This document shows, piece by piece, positions 1 to 12,208 of a stretch of DNA of 64,000 nucleotides. The stretch is from Amoebidium appalachense (Eukaryota > Protista > Ichthyosporea), in assembly GCA_963693365.1 (NCBI GenBank), contig CAVNZM010000006.1, positions 8,373,355 to 8,437,354 of the forward strand. Direction: 5' to 3'. Under the pieces are notes generated by a model. The model was not told where the DNA came from, did not search any database, and saw only the letters and a program-made list of their open reading frames with translations. Within the stretch, counting starts at the first letter, position 1. The number at the start of each line of letters is the position of its first letter. The translations under genes and the position numbers were made by a program.

Positions 1-554
1 TTCTTTGCTTCCCCCTACAGGCATCCTGTCGGTTCAGACAATCTTGACCGATGTGCAAAAGATTGTCTAATGGTAAAAAAAAGGTTGCCTACAAGTTGGC
101 CGCGAAGAGGAAGAATAGTTGAGGGGGGGCTTGTTTTTATACGACCTACCACACGTGGCCGGCTGTGTGTGGCTGGTCGCAGCCTGCGCTCGGGCTGTCG
201 CAGGCTCACCAGCAAGCTGGCCATGCCGGTGACAACGAAAGTTTCCGTTTGGCGTCTTTTCCACTTTAACTGTTTTTGGCTATATTGCACTGCCGCCAAT
301 TGGCCGAGAGAGAAATGTAAAAAGGTCTCACGACATGAATTTTCATTGGTTTAGACCTTCACACGGCGTTGAACATTTCGCGCATAATCCACCTCCGGAG
401 GTGGATTATAGAAATTGGAGTACAAGCGATGTCCAAGGGGTTTGAAACCCGGCGTACACAGGCCCAGATTGGGCCGTCTGTTTGGCATCGCGGATTTCAG
501 GAAATCCGCTTTAGCCCTAACTCCAAAATCGATCTTACTCCGGAGTATGGCCGC

Positions 555-582
555 TAACTCCGCGTTGCCAAACAGGCCCTTA
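555..582. mobile_element. Right end (25-bp TIR + TTA) of a PIF/Harbinger-type DNA transposon
   Basis: 555-579 TAACTCCGCGTTGCCAAACAGGCCC is the exact reverse complement of 911-935 and is followed by TTA. GGGCCTGTTTGG termini with TAA/TTA targets are typical of PIF/Tourist elements. A subterminal echo GTCTGTTTGGCA lies at about 476-487. Confidence 0.7.
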
Positions 583-781
583 GTATGGTGGCGGTCATCG
601 AAGATTGACCCCTCAGGTCTGATAGATCTTAGGAAATTTGCCGGTAAATAACTCCGCGCTATCTCGCGGCGCTGGGCTTTTCTATACGTTTTTCGATGCG
701 TCTTGACAAGACCTACAAAGCTATGTTGAGACATTTCGGGATTTCCCAAAAGCAAAAAAAATTTTCTCATTAAGAAATTTG

Positions 782-907
782 GAAGCTGTGGCCGAGCGGG
801 TAAGCTCCTCGCGCCTCCGACGCAGGAGGCACCTGGTTCGAATCCCGAGATGTAGCGCTAGCGCATTGGGGACTTGATGCTCTGATAGGACTCGCCTGGG
901 TGCAGGA
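782..907 (+). mobile_element. tRNA-derived SINE-like head (Pol III A and B boxes)
   Basis: A box TGGCCGAGCGG at 789-799 and B box GGTTCGAATCC at 835-845 with tRNA-like spacing. The acceptor stem does not pair, so it is not an intact tRNA. The sequence is interrupted at TAA 908-910 by a Harbinger TIR. Confidence 0.55.
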
Positions 908-910
908 TAA

Positions 911-1527
911 GGGCCTGTTTGGCAACGCGGAGTTACGAACTCCGGCGTAGACCGTATAGGGGGTTTACACACTTTTTATTGCGTGGACAGTGCCGGAGCG
1001 CCGGGTATCAAATCAGTATCCAGATTCTGACTTGTAATCCGGATTTAGGTCAAAACCTGGCGTAGATAACCGCTCGTGCCAAACAGACATCACTTTTTTC
1101 AGCTTAGTTTACCAAGTCACATTGCGCAAGTTTTACGTTGATCGGAGTGCGCATACTTTGCACGTATATCGTACCTAGGACTCAGTACTAGTGACTGTGC
1201 AGTGTCCCGTATGTATGTATTTGTGTACACAGTGATGATACCATTTGCATATATAACAACAACAACGTTTCCGGTTGCAAAACCACTATGTATTTAGCAC
1301 GAAACATGGCCCTTTCGGCAGCAATTGCAGCCTTGGCATATAGTCCAGAGTTCAAAGATCCATGCCGTACTTCCCCGCTTGGTGGTAAAGAGTATGTGCA
1401 TGAGCTGCTTGGCACTGCCCACGAGACACGGGTGAATGATGTGCTACGCGTTAGTCCATACGTTGCAAACAGCTTGCTCCTTACATCGAAGAGAGACTCA
1501 GTGACAGTATGGACGCCATGGAGCTAG
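911..1527 (+). mobile_element. Left arm of a PIF/Harbinger element with truncated transposase N-terminus (1288-1527)
   Basis: TAA followed by TIR GGGCCTGTTTGGCAACGCGGAGTTA (911-935). The ORF segment PCRTSPLGGKEYVHELLGTAHETRVNDVLRVS resembles the N-terminal region of plant/fungal Harbinger DDE transposases. No catalytic domain follows. Confidence 0.6.
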
Positions 1528-1867
1528 GTAGGGCAACACCCTCCGGCCTCGGCGGTGCATAGGAAGAAGAAGTACGAATTCATACGGCCTTCATATATGA
1601 TATGCATGAATATTGATTCTTTACCTTACCAATGAAGTGTTTACTTATTGTTTTATGGCTTATACATATGTGTATTATATCAACGCTACTGGGCACGTCT
1701 CAACTGCCTGGGGCTCTAGTCATAGTGAACGCCAGAGGGAACATTGTTCGCCTTGATTTTTTTACCCCCCTCGAAGTTCCTCCTCGCGACGTGAGGGTAC
1801 AAAAGGCGTGACACGCCCAGAAATGCTCACTTTCTTTGTTGTTCAAACGCGCACATACTTAGTAAAT

Positions 1868-2164
1868 ATGAGTGAGAACGACGAGTTCGCCGTTTGCCCT
1901 GACTGTCAAGGGACGCCCGAGCTGTATTGTGCGTGCGAACACTCACTCGTTCAAGAGGTGCGAGATATAGCTGCACTAGACGATGAAGTTTTTTATAACA
2001 AGTACCGTCACTACATAAATCCGAACGGTATGCCTGTTGGTGGTCTCGTCCCTAAAAACAGGCGTTTTGTGTTGTACCGCGTTGCAAGCATCGAGGTCAA
2101 GGGTTTGCCCAAGGGTACCCGTGTCCGTCTCGCATGTGCGGAGCGTCTCGTGTATGGTTTTTGA
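1868..2164 (+). CDS. Small Cys-rich protein resembling the P2X7 C-terminal (ballast)-like / KolX accessory domain, probably 3'-truncated
   Basis: ATG at 1868. CPDC..YCAC followed by NRRFVLYR....GLPKGTRVRLAC, similar to the R..AYR...G.LG.GNR..(L/I)PSC motif of that family (recognised by eye). Confidence 0.4.
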   Translation: MSENDEFAVCPDCQGTPELYCACEHSLVQEVRDIAALDDEVFYNKYRHYINPNGMPVGGLVPKNRRFVLYRVASIEVKGLPKGTRVRLACAERLVYGF

Positions 2165-3109
2165 CAATGTTTACAAAGCATGTTGTCACAAATGGTCTGT
2201 ATGAAAATGTCTACGTGTTGGAGTATGTACATGGGCTTTATCGATTTCCCATCAAGACCAGCATTAGAAAACTTGAGCCCCTCTTCGATTGTGCTTTCAT
2301 CTGGGTGTGTGCGTGGCATACGTGGTTTTTTAGGGGGTGTGCCTCGGGTTGGTGAGCTGGTGGGGTTGGTGGTTGCATCCGGATATATAGATAGTGGGGC
2401 TGTGGTGTCTGTTTCTTGTGCACTCGCGTTTTGTGCCAGTGCATCAACCGGGTCGACGCTATTGTAGCTGCGGGTGGGTCATTTTCGGTCCCCAGAGAAC
2501 CCCTACGTTCTCTAAGGCGGACCATCACTCTGAGGGGAACGGCGTCTGAATAGTCACTAGAGCCTATGGACTTGTAGCCCCCAACACTGCTACTGCTTTC
2601 CTTGCCCGCATCCTCAGCATCGCTGCTGCTGTCATCGCCATCACTACCTGAGTGGGAATCGTCGCTATGATTTTCAACCTCGACAGCATGCTGTGCTGCT
2701 CCCTCTGCGGGGTCGGTCCGTGGTGTGGTTGTGGGTGTGGGTGTGTTTGTACCTTCCAGCTCTGCTCTGTGCTTTTTGCGAGGGGGGGTGCATTCTTCCT
2801 CCGAATCGCTTTTACCTACACTAGGGCTATTGGGGCTACTATGGGCGGGGGAAGGGGGTTTCACCCCCCTCCCCCAGTATTAACACTGGTCTCACTATGG
2901 GTGCTTTCCTGACTGTTTGAGCTAACCTCGCTCTGTTCCTGTGTGGGATCCCGTTGTGTATCCTCTGCACTGGTGTCTGTGTTGTTTTCTTCTTCGACGT
3001 TATTCTTTCTCTTGCGTTCAGCTAGCAGTTTTAGTAGCTGTTTCTTTGTGAGCTTGGTAGCATTGTCTGAGCGTTTTTGTACTCTCTTCCTACATTTCTT
3101 GTCCGCCAA
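2155..3109 (-). pseudogene. Frameshifted N-terminal part of a putative transposase (basic start, acidic S/T-rich linker, CxxC)
   Basis: Three abutting minus-strand ORFs (2861-3109, 2238-2864, 2011-2319) read as one protein across frame breaks. No DDE core is present. Confidence 0.4.
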
Positions 3110-4224
3110 GTTCGAACATGTTTGAAAAAAGATGTGATGAACAAATGAGGTGTCCTAGTTCCTGTTTTATTACTGTCATTTCTTTTCCCCTGCGTCCACC
3201 ATGCTCCCCCTGGGGTGCAGGCAACCACCGCCGGGCGCTCCAGGCGCCGCAGGGCGGGCCGGCAGGGCGCCGTCCTCGGCCGGAAACTCTCCGAGCTCTG
3301 TTGTTTCGCGCCAAACTTTGGCGGGAAAGCCTGTGTGTGGCTGCCGTTGACACCGTGCGACACAATACAATTTATGATGTACTTTCGATAGGCTACTAAA
3401 ATTTACAGGCACTTTTCGGCCCCGAAATCACGACTGTGGGTCTCCGCGGCCAAAATCGTGATTCCTACAGGCAATGGTAATACCGGATCTTGACTAACCA
3501 AAAAAGTCTATTTATTTTAGATTCAATTCAATATAACCTCTTCGATTGGATAACCGGTATCCAATCGAATGCGTGGAATTTCCAAAAATCACAGCAAGGG
3601 GATCCCCTTAAAAAGGTCAGCACAAAAGTGGCACCAGCGGCGATGAAAACAAGAATTACAGCGCCACTGCACAACTTGGGCCAGGCAATATCAACATCAG
3701 AGCACCATACAGACTTATCTACTAGGGTGACGTATCCATACGTACAGCAGGAGAAATGTATCCTGCCAAAGCTCCCAAAAAGCGATAATGATCAGTACGG
3801 TGTTGCCTAAGGAACATAACACATGCCGACTGAGTTTTACCTTTGATTTCTCTATCAGAACGAGAAAGAAACTTATACTGCGTATGGTAATAACGCGAAA
3901 AGGCAGAAAAAACAGGAAGAGAAAAGAAAGAGGGAGTGAGATAGCGAGAGGAAGAATCAGGTGGAAAGAGGGTAGGCTGAGGACATTCAGAAGTAGCGTT
4001 GGTGAATCGGGGGGGAAGAGGGATGGAGGGAGGGTGGGGGAAGAAAGCATAAAGAGGGTGACCATCAGGTAGCCTAACTAAATGAAAACAAAAACGAAGA
4101 GACAATTCCTCCATACGACAAACAGCAGACGACAATCCAAACATACTGATTAAGGGAGGCACAAACCGAGTACGAAACAAAGTGCGCAGCGCAGTACCCT
4201 GAAAATCGTCGAACTCGTTCAGAG

Positions 4225-4322
4225 AAATAAAGTTGCAAAGAAAGGAGATAAATAAAGTTGCAAAGAAAGGAGATAAATAAAGTTGCAAAGAAAGGAGATA
4301 AATAAAGTTGCAAAGAAAGGAG
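4225..4322. repeat. Minisatellite, about 4 x 25 bp (AAATAAAGTTGCAAAGAAAGGAGAT)
   Basis: Identical tandem units visible directly, with no spacers. Confidence 0.95.
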
Positions 4323-5365
4323 AAAACTTTCCGAAATAGCCAAGGCATCCGATCCTTGACTATCCAAAGCTGCTACTATCATGTCCGTAGCGCGATCACA
4401 GCCTCCTGGATCTAAACGGGTCAAACTACGATGACCGGCACCATACAATAAATGGCCAGCAAGGCAAGAAGACCAATGCACCCCTATCCGTAGCAAGGGG
4501 TGGCCCCCTTATCCCCAGCCAATAAACTGGACGTCAACGTGCGCATGGCTCGAGGCCTCGGCGAGGTGAGTCGAGTGCCGAGAGCATGCCTGCCCAGCTA
4601 CAGAAGGGACATGAGTTCGCCAATATAGTAGCTATACATGTCATAACACTTACACCAACACATCTCGACCGATCCTCGGCCTGGTCAGGTGCGCTCGTGC
4701 TCTAGGGTATACTGATGTCAGTTGTTAGAACCGCTCATCTTCGTCTTGTTCTTGGTTACTGCGATCTTAGGAAAGGAACCAACATTTCGCATGGGAGGCA
4801 ACTGGGTGACACTATGTATACAAACTGGCCATTGTTTGTTTTCAACAGAGTTACCAATCTTCTTCTATGTATGCTACTACACGAACCGACTGCGCTCGCG
4901 AATCAAGCTGCTTGCATCCCAGGCCCCCTCGTTTCAAGTTGTGGACAACATTGGGCTCTTTGCCCAAAAAAACACACTCAGTCACACTGTAGCCCAAATT
5001 GCTGCCCAACTCCCCTGCTACCTTGTCAACAAGCCGGCGGCCTCATCAGGAGTTCTTTGTTTTGGGGAGGGGAAATGTGGCAGGGGGAGGGAGGAAGGGA
5101 GGGGGCAGAGGGGGAGGGGAGGGTGGACGGGGAGGAGGGAGGGCCCGGGGGGAAGAGCTTGGTGGGGAAGGGGGTAGGGATTGATGTTCAAGAGATCGGC
5201 GAGAGGAGGAGGGGGGGGAGGGAGGGGAGAAGGGAGAAAAAATAGCGGTACGTATGTTATGAGGTGAAAACAACACACCCTCTTAATGGACGTTGGGTGC
5301 GCAACCAGTTTCCTCCTCCCTATAGCCTCCCTCCCCCCCCGGGCCCCCCACCCCCCGCCCACCCC

Positions 5366-5398
<33 letters not shown>

Positions 5399-6188
5399 AC
5401 CCCCCCCGGCCCCCCTCTGCCTCCCCCCTTAAATTCAGTCCCCCTAAGCACTTACATCTGGAAGCTACATAACACCCCTTCCCCCCTCAACCCCAGCCCC
5501 TGCCCCCACCTCGTCCCCCCTTCCCCACTCACATGAGCATAGCTATAGCTATGCCCAAGCGTGCGTACAATTGTGCACGCTCAAAGGAAAATTCCTGCTT
5601 CATAAGTGAGGGCAAAGATCAAAACAAACAGCCTGGCAATGCCGTTTGTCCACATGTATAAGTTGATGCTGCCCGTCAGATGCCTTAGGGACTTCGTTGA
5701 GCTGAAATAATAATTCATGCTAAATTAAGTAGCATCGCCACTAGTAACATATATTAGTGGTATCCGTTTTTCAGCCAGGCAAGCTTATTTATTCAGTCAT
5801 TTCACTGAATTTAGCCACCGGTACAACCGAGGCCCCAGAATTTGTTTGCACACTTTTCGCATATCATCATAGACAAAAAAGTGTTACACGATAGTTCGGT
5901 TTGGAAGATGTTTTCTTTTTAACTTTCATCTCCTGCATGTGCCTAAGAAAATTTAGGCAAGTCCTAAAAAGAGGGGCCAACCAATGTGTAAAACAAACCG
6001 ACTCGCAATGAGCGATATGACAGCTGGTAATGAGCTCCAGTTTGCTAAACGGTTCTTGGTTCAAACCTATTCTCAAACCATACATGTGCATGTGCATTTT
6101 CATAGGTACACAAACTGTCCCCAGAGGCTTAAACATAATCCCCAGCTCATGCAACCTTAACCCATTGGTAAAGTTACGAGAACTCTCC

Positions 6189-7190
6189 CTATGCTATGCC
6201 GTGGTCACCATAGAGCATCTTCATCTGAGCCGTTGCATTCGCCACCTCCCCAGCCAAGTGCACGCTTGCACACACCACCACCACCTCCCTCTTATGTTTT
6301 AGCTGCTTAGCAATCAAAATTTCAATTGCGACATCAGACATGACTCCCGCAACCGGTTTGTTCCCAACCGCAATGATGCTGTAGTCGGTTGTCATCGTAT
6401 CCATTCCCGCTACATGTGCGGGCGAGTTTTCTAGAACACTCTCGATTTTTCCGTCCTTAATTTTCAACCCGTGCACGTGGGAGCTGTCCGTGTGCGTGTC
6501 CTGGTCGTGCGTGTCATCGCGTGGCTGGATGCTGTGTGCGTCTGTGAGCGCGGTTGCGAGTGCGTGGAAGTCGGTATAGGACTTGACCCTCTTGATAAAC
6601 CCGCTCATTGTCTTTTGTGGGTTTAAAAGTGACTTTCCTTTGTTTTCATGTTCCTTCGCCTCTCTCTCTTCATTCACATGTTCCATCTGTGGCACCACCG
6701 CCTCGTCTATGTGCGCATCCGAAACTGATTTGGACCTCGAGCGCCGACGTTGGGGGGGAGGCGTGTTGACGCTAGAAACAGGTGTAGAGCAAGTAGGGGG
6801 TGAGTCCGTATCCCACGTGAGTTTCACGCGTACCACAGCTGCATCCACAACTGTGAGAGTCACGTCCCCTTCCATTTTTCTGATTGTGTCGAGAAGTGCC
6901 TGGGGTGATTTGACCTTCTCTCCGTTGAGCGCCGTTATCTGATCACCCGGACATAATCCCATGTTCCATGCTAGACCGCGCGAACAAACATACGTAACGA
7001 GCAGTCTTCCCCTGATGGAGCACAGGCATGCACCCAGGCTCTGTCCGGCACGTACACGAGCAGACACGTCTCTGTGCGTGCGTGTGGCTGCCCTTTGTTC
7101 GAGGAGAGACGGGCGTGCAAGTGTGACGTAAGAGGGACGAACGGTGTGGCATTCAACACTTTCATTTCGCTTCTTGAAAATTGCTACCAT
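6189..7190 (-). CDS. Syntenin-like tandem PDZ protein (intronless, about 333 aa)
   Basis: PDZ1 LGACLCSIRGRLLVTYV...GLCPGDQITALNGE and PDZ2 HGLKIKDGKIESVLENSPAHVAGM..DYSIIAVGNKPVAG match the syntenin pattern ([38 protein letters not shown]). First ATG at 7190. Confidence 0.75.
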   Translation of the reverse strand: MVAIFKKRNESVECHTVRPSYVTLARPSLLEQRAATRTHRDVSARVRAGQSLGACLCSIRGRLLVTYVCSRGLAWNMGLCPGDQITALNGEKVKSPQALLDTIRKMEGDVTLTVVDAAVVRVKLTWDTDSPPTCSTPVSSVNTPPPQRRRSRSKSVSDAHIDEAVVPQMEHVNEEREAKEHENKGKSLLNPQKTMSGFIKRVKSYTDFHALATALTDAHSIQPRDDTHDQDTHTDSSHVHGLKIKDGKIESVLENSPAHVAGMDTMTTDYSIIAVGNKPVAGVMSDVAIEILIAKQLKHKREVVVVCASVHLAGEVANATAQMKMLYGDHGIA

Positions 7191-9395
7191 TTTTCGCTTT
7201 CTATGCAGCCCTAACGGCACGTGTCAGACGTGTGCCTAATGCAGGAAACAAAAACACCCGAGGTTACCAAGGTTACTGAGGTGTAAAAAACACTTTGAGA
7301 GAAATGTTAAAATAAAACATGTGTGTGCTACGGGCATTTGACGAATGCATGTACTTTCACGTCTGTTTTGTCAAAGCCGGGCTGTAACCTGTTGTAACCT
7401 TCAGGCCAAATGAGACATGTTGTTTGGCGATCTTCCTTTCATATACCCAACTTTGGTGACCTAATGGCGATTGTGATTGGATGGCTCTATTTTCGTCTCC
7501 AATCAAATGCGGCATTTTTGTTTGCACCATAAGAGCCAATCAAACGCTTCGGTTTTTCGGTTTTTTTGCCGCCTGGCACTCGATGCACTTCATCACGACA
7601 CAAGGGTGACAATGAAAGTGCAATAATCTTTTATATTAGTCTTCTCACATCATTAACCAACCACTTTTATGTGCTATTGTACTGTGCAGAGCGTGTAGGC
7701 TTCTTACTCGGAACTCAAACATGCATATGCATCGCATCCGATCTGCCTTCGAATTCTGACGTCACTCATATGACGCCAAAATTCGGGCCACATAACTTGG
7801 TGAAGCTTGGGGCATGTGTAAAAGCATGATATTTTATTTACTCGACTTTTTCTAGTTAGGTACTTATACCTTGTTTGTGTATGGTTCTTTTTGGACATCT
7901 AAGCAAGCAAGCACAGCACCATTCCTGCAAGAGCTTCCTGCAAGCGGATTTGAATTCCAACATGCTGATAAAAGCCAGATCTATTCATTGTATTCATTCG
8001 CTTGGTTGGCTGAACAAGTGTGCAAGACTGGCGTGATTTGATTGGCAGCTTTCCAGCCTGAGAGGCTGAGAACCATGTGGACAAACAAACACGTGCACGT
8101 GCCTGATTGTGTCCTGCACAAGCCTATTCACCAGACATCTTGGCCGACAAAGTTGCAACCATCGCGTGAACGTAGTTACCAATTTTTCTTATTTCATACT
8201 CTTGCGCTGTTACACTTTGAGTAAAAAAAAAATCTTTAACCAGCTTTCAGCAGGCTGACGTCGTCGTGACACGTGACAGAGTACTGGCATGGTACACTGC
8301 AGCGGCGCGTTGTATGTCTGTCCCGTGTTTCCAAATATAGCTACACCTAATATTAGTATGGACGTATGTCACGGTCAGTGCTACACAGGCGTCTTGGTGT
8401 GCGTTTTGTGCTCAAAATTGCAAGCCAAGCAGAGCATATCATGTAAACGGCTTTCTCAGGAGCTGCTCTTCTAGTCGACACCATGACATGTGCATCATAT
8501 CATGATCATGATGTCATGCGTATTTTATGCAAATAAACATGTTCAATACCATCATGAAATATTATTATTGCCAATGAACTTAATGTATATACATGGCTCC
8601 CATTACTCTTCTATTGTAACGACCCATGCATGATTACATACAGGAACAGGAACTAATCACTGATGATATGGTATCGATGTCGACATCGGAGCCACTTTCC
8701 CATGCCATCCGGACCATGTGATACTTATGTCGTCATTTCTTTCTTGCTCACTTTTGCTCCACAAACCGGAGACCTAGAGAGAGCCACATGCGCAAACGGC
8801 AGCCCTCCTCCCACGCACTTCTGTGTGTGTCTTTTCTCGCTTTCTCGTTTTCTCGTTTTCGTTTCAGAATCTGACTCTCAGAACGTTTACTTCAAACTGT
8901 AGCTCTGTGCCTTCATTCAGTTTTTACTTTACAAATTCAAGGCTTGTGCTACTTGCTAGACTTCATATTTCACTGTAAAAGAGGTCCCAGTATTAGATTT
9001 GGGAGCGAAATTTGCACTCTTTCCAAGAAAACCACATGATCACCATAACATACTTTCAAGCATTGCCAAGTAGCATGAACTCGGAGTAAGTGTAATATCC
9101 ACCCACAACGGGGGCTGTCAGTATGAGCACCATAATTGCTGGTGCTGTTACCGTTATGTAATACCATTCCTTCACACACCACTTTATATATGTAAACGGA
9201 GCTATCATATTGTGTTAAGTAACAGTCTTCCAGTGGTGCTACACACCATGTCTGTGTCGTTTTTGACTAAATTCCTCCTTTGAGACAAAACATGGTTTCT
9301 GCTCCCTGGGTTTTCAGTTTTAGCATAGCCGATTAGCAGGCTAGGCTATGGGTACAAGAACTTGAACCCGAAGTTAACAAGCACATAAAAACGTC

Positions 9396-10541
9396 ATGAT
9401 GTTTTCCATGTTAGCTGGCTGGTGCCAGAAGCTTGGAAGGGACCTTAAGATAGCCTTCAAGCCAAGCTACAACCGTGTTACGTTTGCTCTTCGCTCAGCC
9501 ATCACAACGTCTTCCCTTTGCCTCATCTTCTTCTGGTCGTGCGTGTTTCAAATCTACAGTGGCCCAGCAGAATCCACCGTTCCCATCGTTCTTATCCTCT
9601 GGACGTTTTGTAACCAGACAACCTTTATCGGTGGAAACGTGCGCACGGCTGGGAAACTTCTTCTTTCTGGTCCTATTGCTGTCTCCCTTGCGCTCCTCAT
9701 CACAGCTATCCCAGGTGCACGAGAAACATGGTATCTTTCAGCAGTATGCTTCTCCGTCAGTCTTTTTGCTCTCAACCTTCTAACCTTTGGTGGCTTCCTT
9801 GGTTTGAAAGACGGTGATCAGGGTTTCATGTTGAGTATCATGCAAACGACACTCATGAACGGAGATTTTAGGGCAAAGGACATCGTGTTGTTTGGGGTGG
9901 TCATAACGATTGCCATACCAGCAGCGTTGCTGCTTTCCTCCTGTGTTCTTTGGCCCCGTTCTGCCAGCTGGAAGGTGCTTGTGGATGCAAACTTCATCAT
10001 CAAGGAGATACGGTAGGGGTCCCCCTCTCCCCCTCCCCCCCCCCCCCCCCCCCCCCCCCCCCCGCTTTTAAATTGCTGACATATGCATAAACAAGGTATA
10101 AGTTTTCACGTTGCCATACACATGGTAGCATTTTCACATATCAGACGGTTACCCACTGTGCTTGTGATGTTTTTACTCACAAACGCATCTTGCAGTGCAC
10201 ACGTTCAGGGTGCTGCACTTGCACGCGTGTGGCCCAACGTTAACGTGTGGTTGGCCATCTTGCTAAAGTTTTTCGTAGTATATAATGATCAACAATGTCC
10301 TTATTTTGGCCTAAACCCCTTTTCAGTTGAACGCTCAAGCACAAGAACATTGTGGACACTATCTGCATGGTGGCTGTTGTCTTCTAGATAGATCGTTTCC
10401 CCCTCCTTATTTGTCTTTTTCTATTCGGGTGGGTGTGAGATAGGGTGGACATCTGAGGGGCCCTAGGGGCAGGCAGTGGTATGATGCCCTGATCATGATG
10501 ATGGTGGTGGTGGGTTTTTTTGTTCGGTTCTTTTTTTTTTT

Positions 10542-10586
<45 letters not shown>

Positions 10587-10776
10587 GAGTTGGTAAGGGG
10601 TTGGGCGGTTAAAAACGAGCAGGAAGAAATGCGGAAACAGGTAGTGGGGGGAGCAAGGGGGGAGGAAAAGGGGGGGGGGGGGGGGGGGGGGGGGAGTATA
10701 CCAGAAATGATGATTTACACGCGTTTGGAACAAGAAGGAAAATGGTGGGGAGGGGGATAAGTGGCTGTACCACACA

Positions 10777-10816
<40 letters not shown>

Positions 10817-12172
10817 GCATTTAGATGTAACTTATAGATGGTCGTGTATTATCAGGGCTTAGTAACTCATACCGTGTGTGTGTGCGAGCGGTGCGCGTGC
10901 GCATGTGTGTAATTTTTTCATATTTTTTTTTTCTCTCTCTTTTTTCCCTCCTCGTTTTAGTGGCTGGGGATTGGGGGTTGGGTTAGGGGTGAAGGGGTGT
11001 TTTGGGGGGGGGGGGGGGGGGGGGGGGGGGGAGAGGGGGGGTTGAATGGGGGATGGGGTGGTGGTGGTGGGGGGGGGGGGGGGGGGGGGGGGGGGATGGG
11101 TGCTGTATCCGATAAGGGAACGGCACAACATGAAAAGAAGAAGGGAGAGGGGGATCCACCACCCGGGGGGGGAAGAGGGAGGGGGGAGGGGGAGAGAGAG
11201 AGAGTTTGAACGTTTCGTGTTGAGGGAGAGAGAGGAAGAGATGAGAAGGAAGAAAGTTACGGGGGCATGCGCCAGGGGGGTGGGGGCGGGGTGGGTGGGG
11301 GTTGGGGGAGTAGAATAGTTTCGGCCACAAAACCAAAGAAAATGAGAATGTGATGGGATAAGACGGCTAAAGGAGGGAATAGGAAATAGGAAGCAAAAAA
11401 AGACAACAGGGTGGGGGGGAGGGGGGGGGGGGGGGGGGGCAGGGGGAGCAGAGAAGGAAGGGGGGAGGGGGCGATAGAGCGATGGCTGATGTAGAGGACA
11501 ACGACTTTCCAACAAAATCTTTACAACAAATCTTCCAAAAAGTTCGTACTAAGATCCTTGTGTTCAGTGCACAGTATGCCGTGGTGCAACAGCTTCAACA
11601 CGGTGACCTGCAACCCACCACCGCTAGCGTCAGCAGCTTCAACAAGCGGCGCCACAAGGTGCTCAAGAAATTCGAGCGCATGGGTAGCCTAATCACCTCG
11701 TCATGTCCGAGCGAAGTTTGGTATGGACCTACTCTCCCTCTGAGCACCCTTCACGATACCCTCGCATCAGGGTGGGCTCTGATCACGGCGATGCGCGCAC
11801 TTGCTCACGAAAAACCAGACTATGTTGAACAATCGAAGGAGGTTGCAGCGCGGTTTCACCAAGCGGATGTCGGTGTTATTTTGGCGCTGAGTAACACGGC
11901 TAGCCGTGTGATGGTGAGCGACAAGAGCAAGAGCGCGGCGGATGAGTTTGGTCGGTCGGCGGGGGAGGCGCTGAGAGAAGCGGTTCATTTCGCGTATGAG
12001 GAAATGCTGGAGAACCGTACGGGTACACCGTCAGAGTTCATCAGTGTGTCCCTCCCCTTCCCCCCTCCCCCTGCCCCCCCCCCCCCCCCCCTCCCCCCCC
12101 CCCCCCCCCCCCCCCCTTGCTATTATCATCCTTTACTTACCTTTATTCCTCTTTCCTTCGCTCCCTACGTGC

Positions 12173-12208
<36 letters not shown>

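Larger units (their letters stand above)
1528..3468. mobile_element. Internally deleted DNA transposon with two convergent ORFs (Kolobok-like), nested in the Harbinger element
   Basis: Imperfect inverted ends GTAGGGCAACAC..GGCCTCGG and CCGCGGCC..GTGATTCCTAC, each flanked by AG. A minus-strand frameshifted ORF (3109 to about 2155) has a low-complexity N-terminus ending in YILQHVDIFIQTICDNMLCKHC. A plus-strand small Cys-rich ORF converges on it. Confidence 0.4.

Noticed and set aside
782-856. Functional tRNA gene
   Set aside because: A and B boxes are present but the acceptor and anticodon stems do not pair properly; treated as a SINE head or pseudo-tRNA.
4225-4322. 25-bp repeats as a CRISPR or iteron array
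   Set aside because: Head-to-tail with no spacers; an ordinary minisatellite.
4715-5050. Possible coding exon (LEPLIFVLFLVTAILG...)
   Set aside because: No recognisable domain, no supporting neighbouring exons and no clear start.
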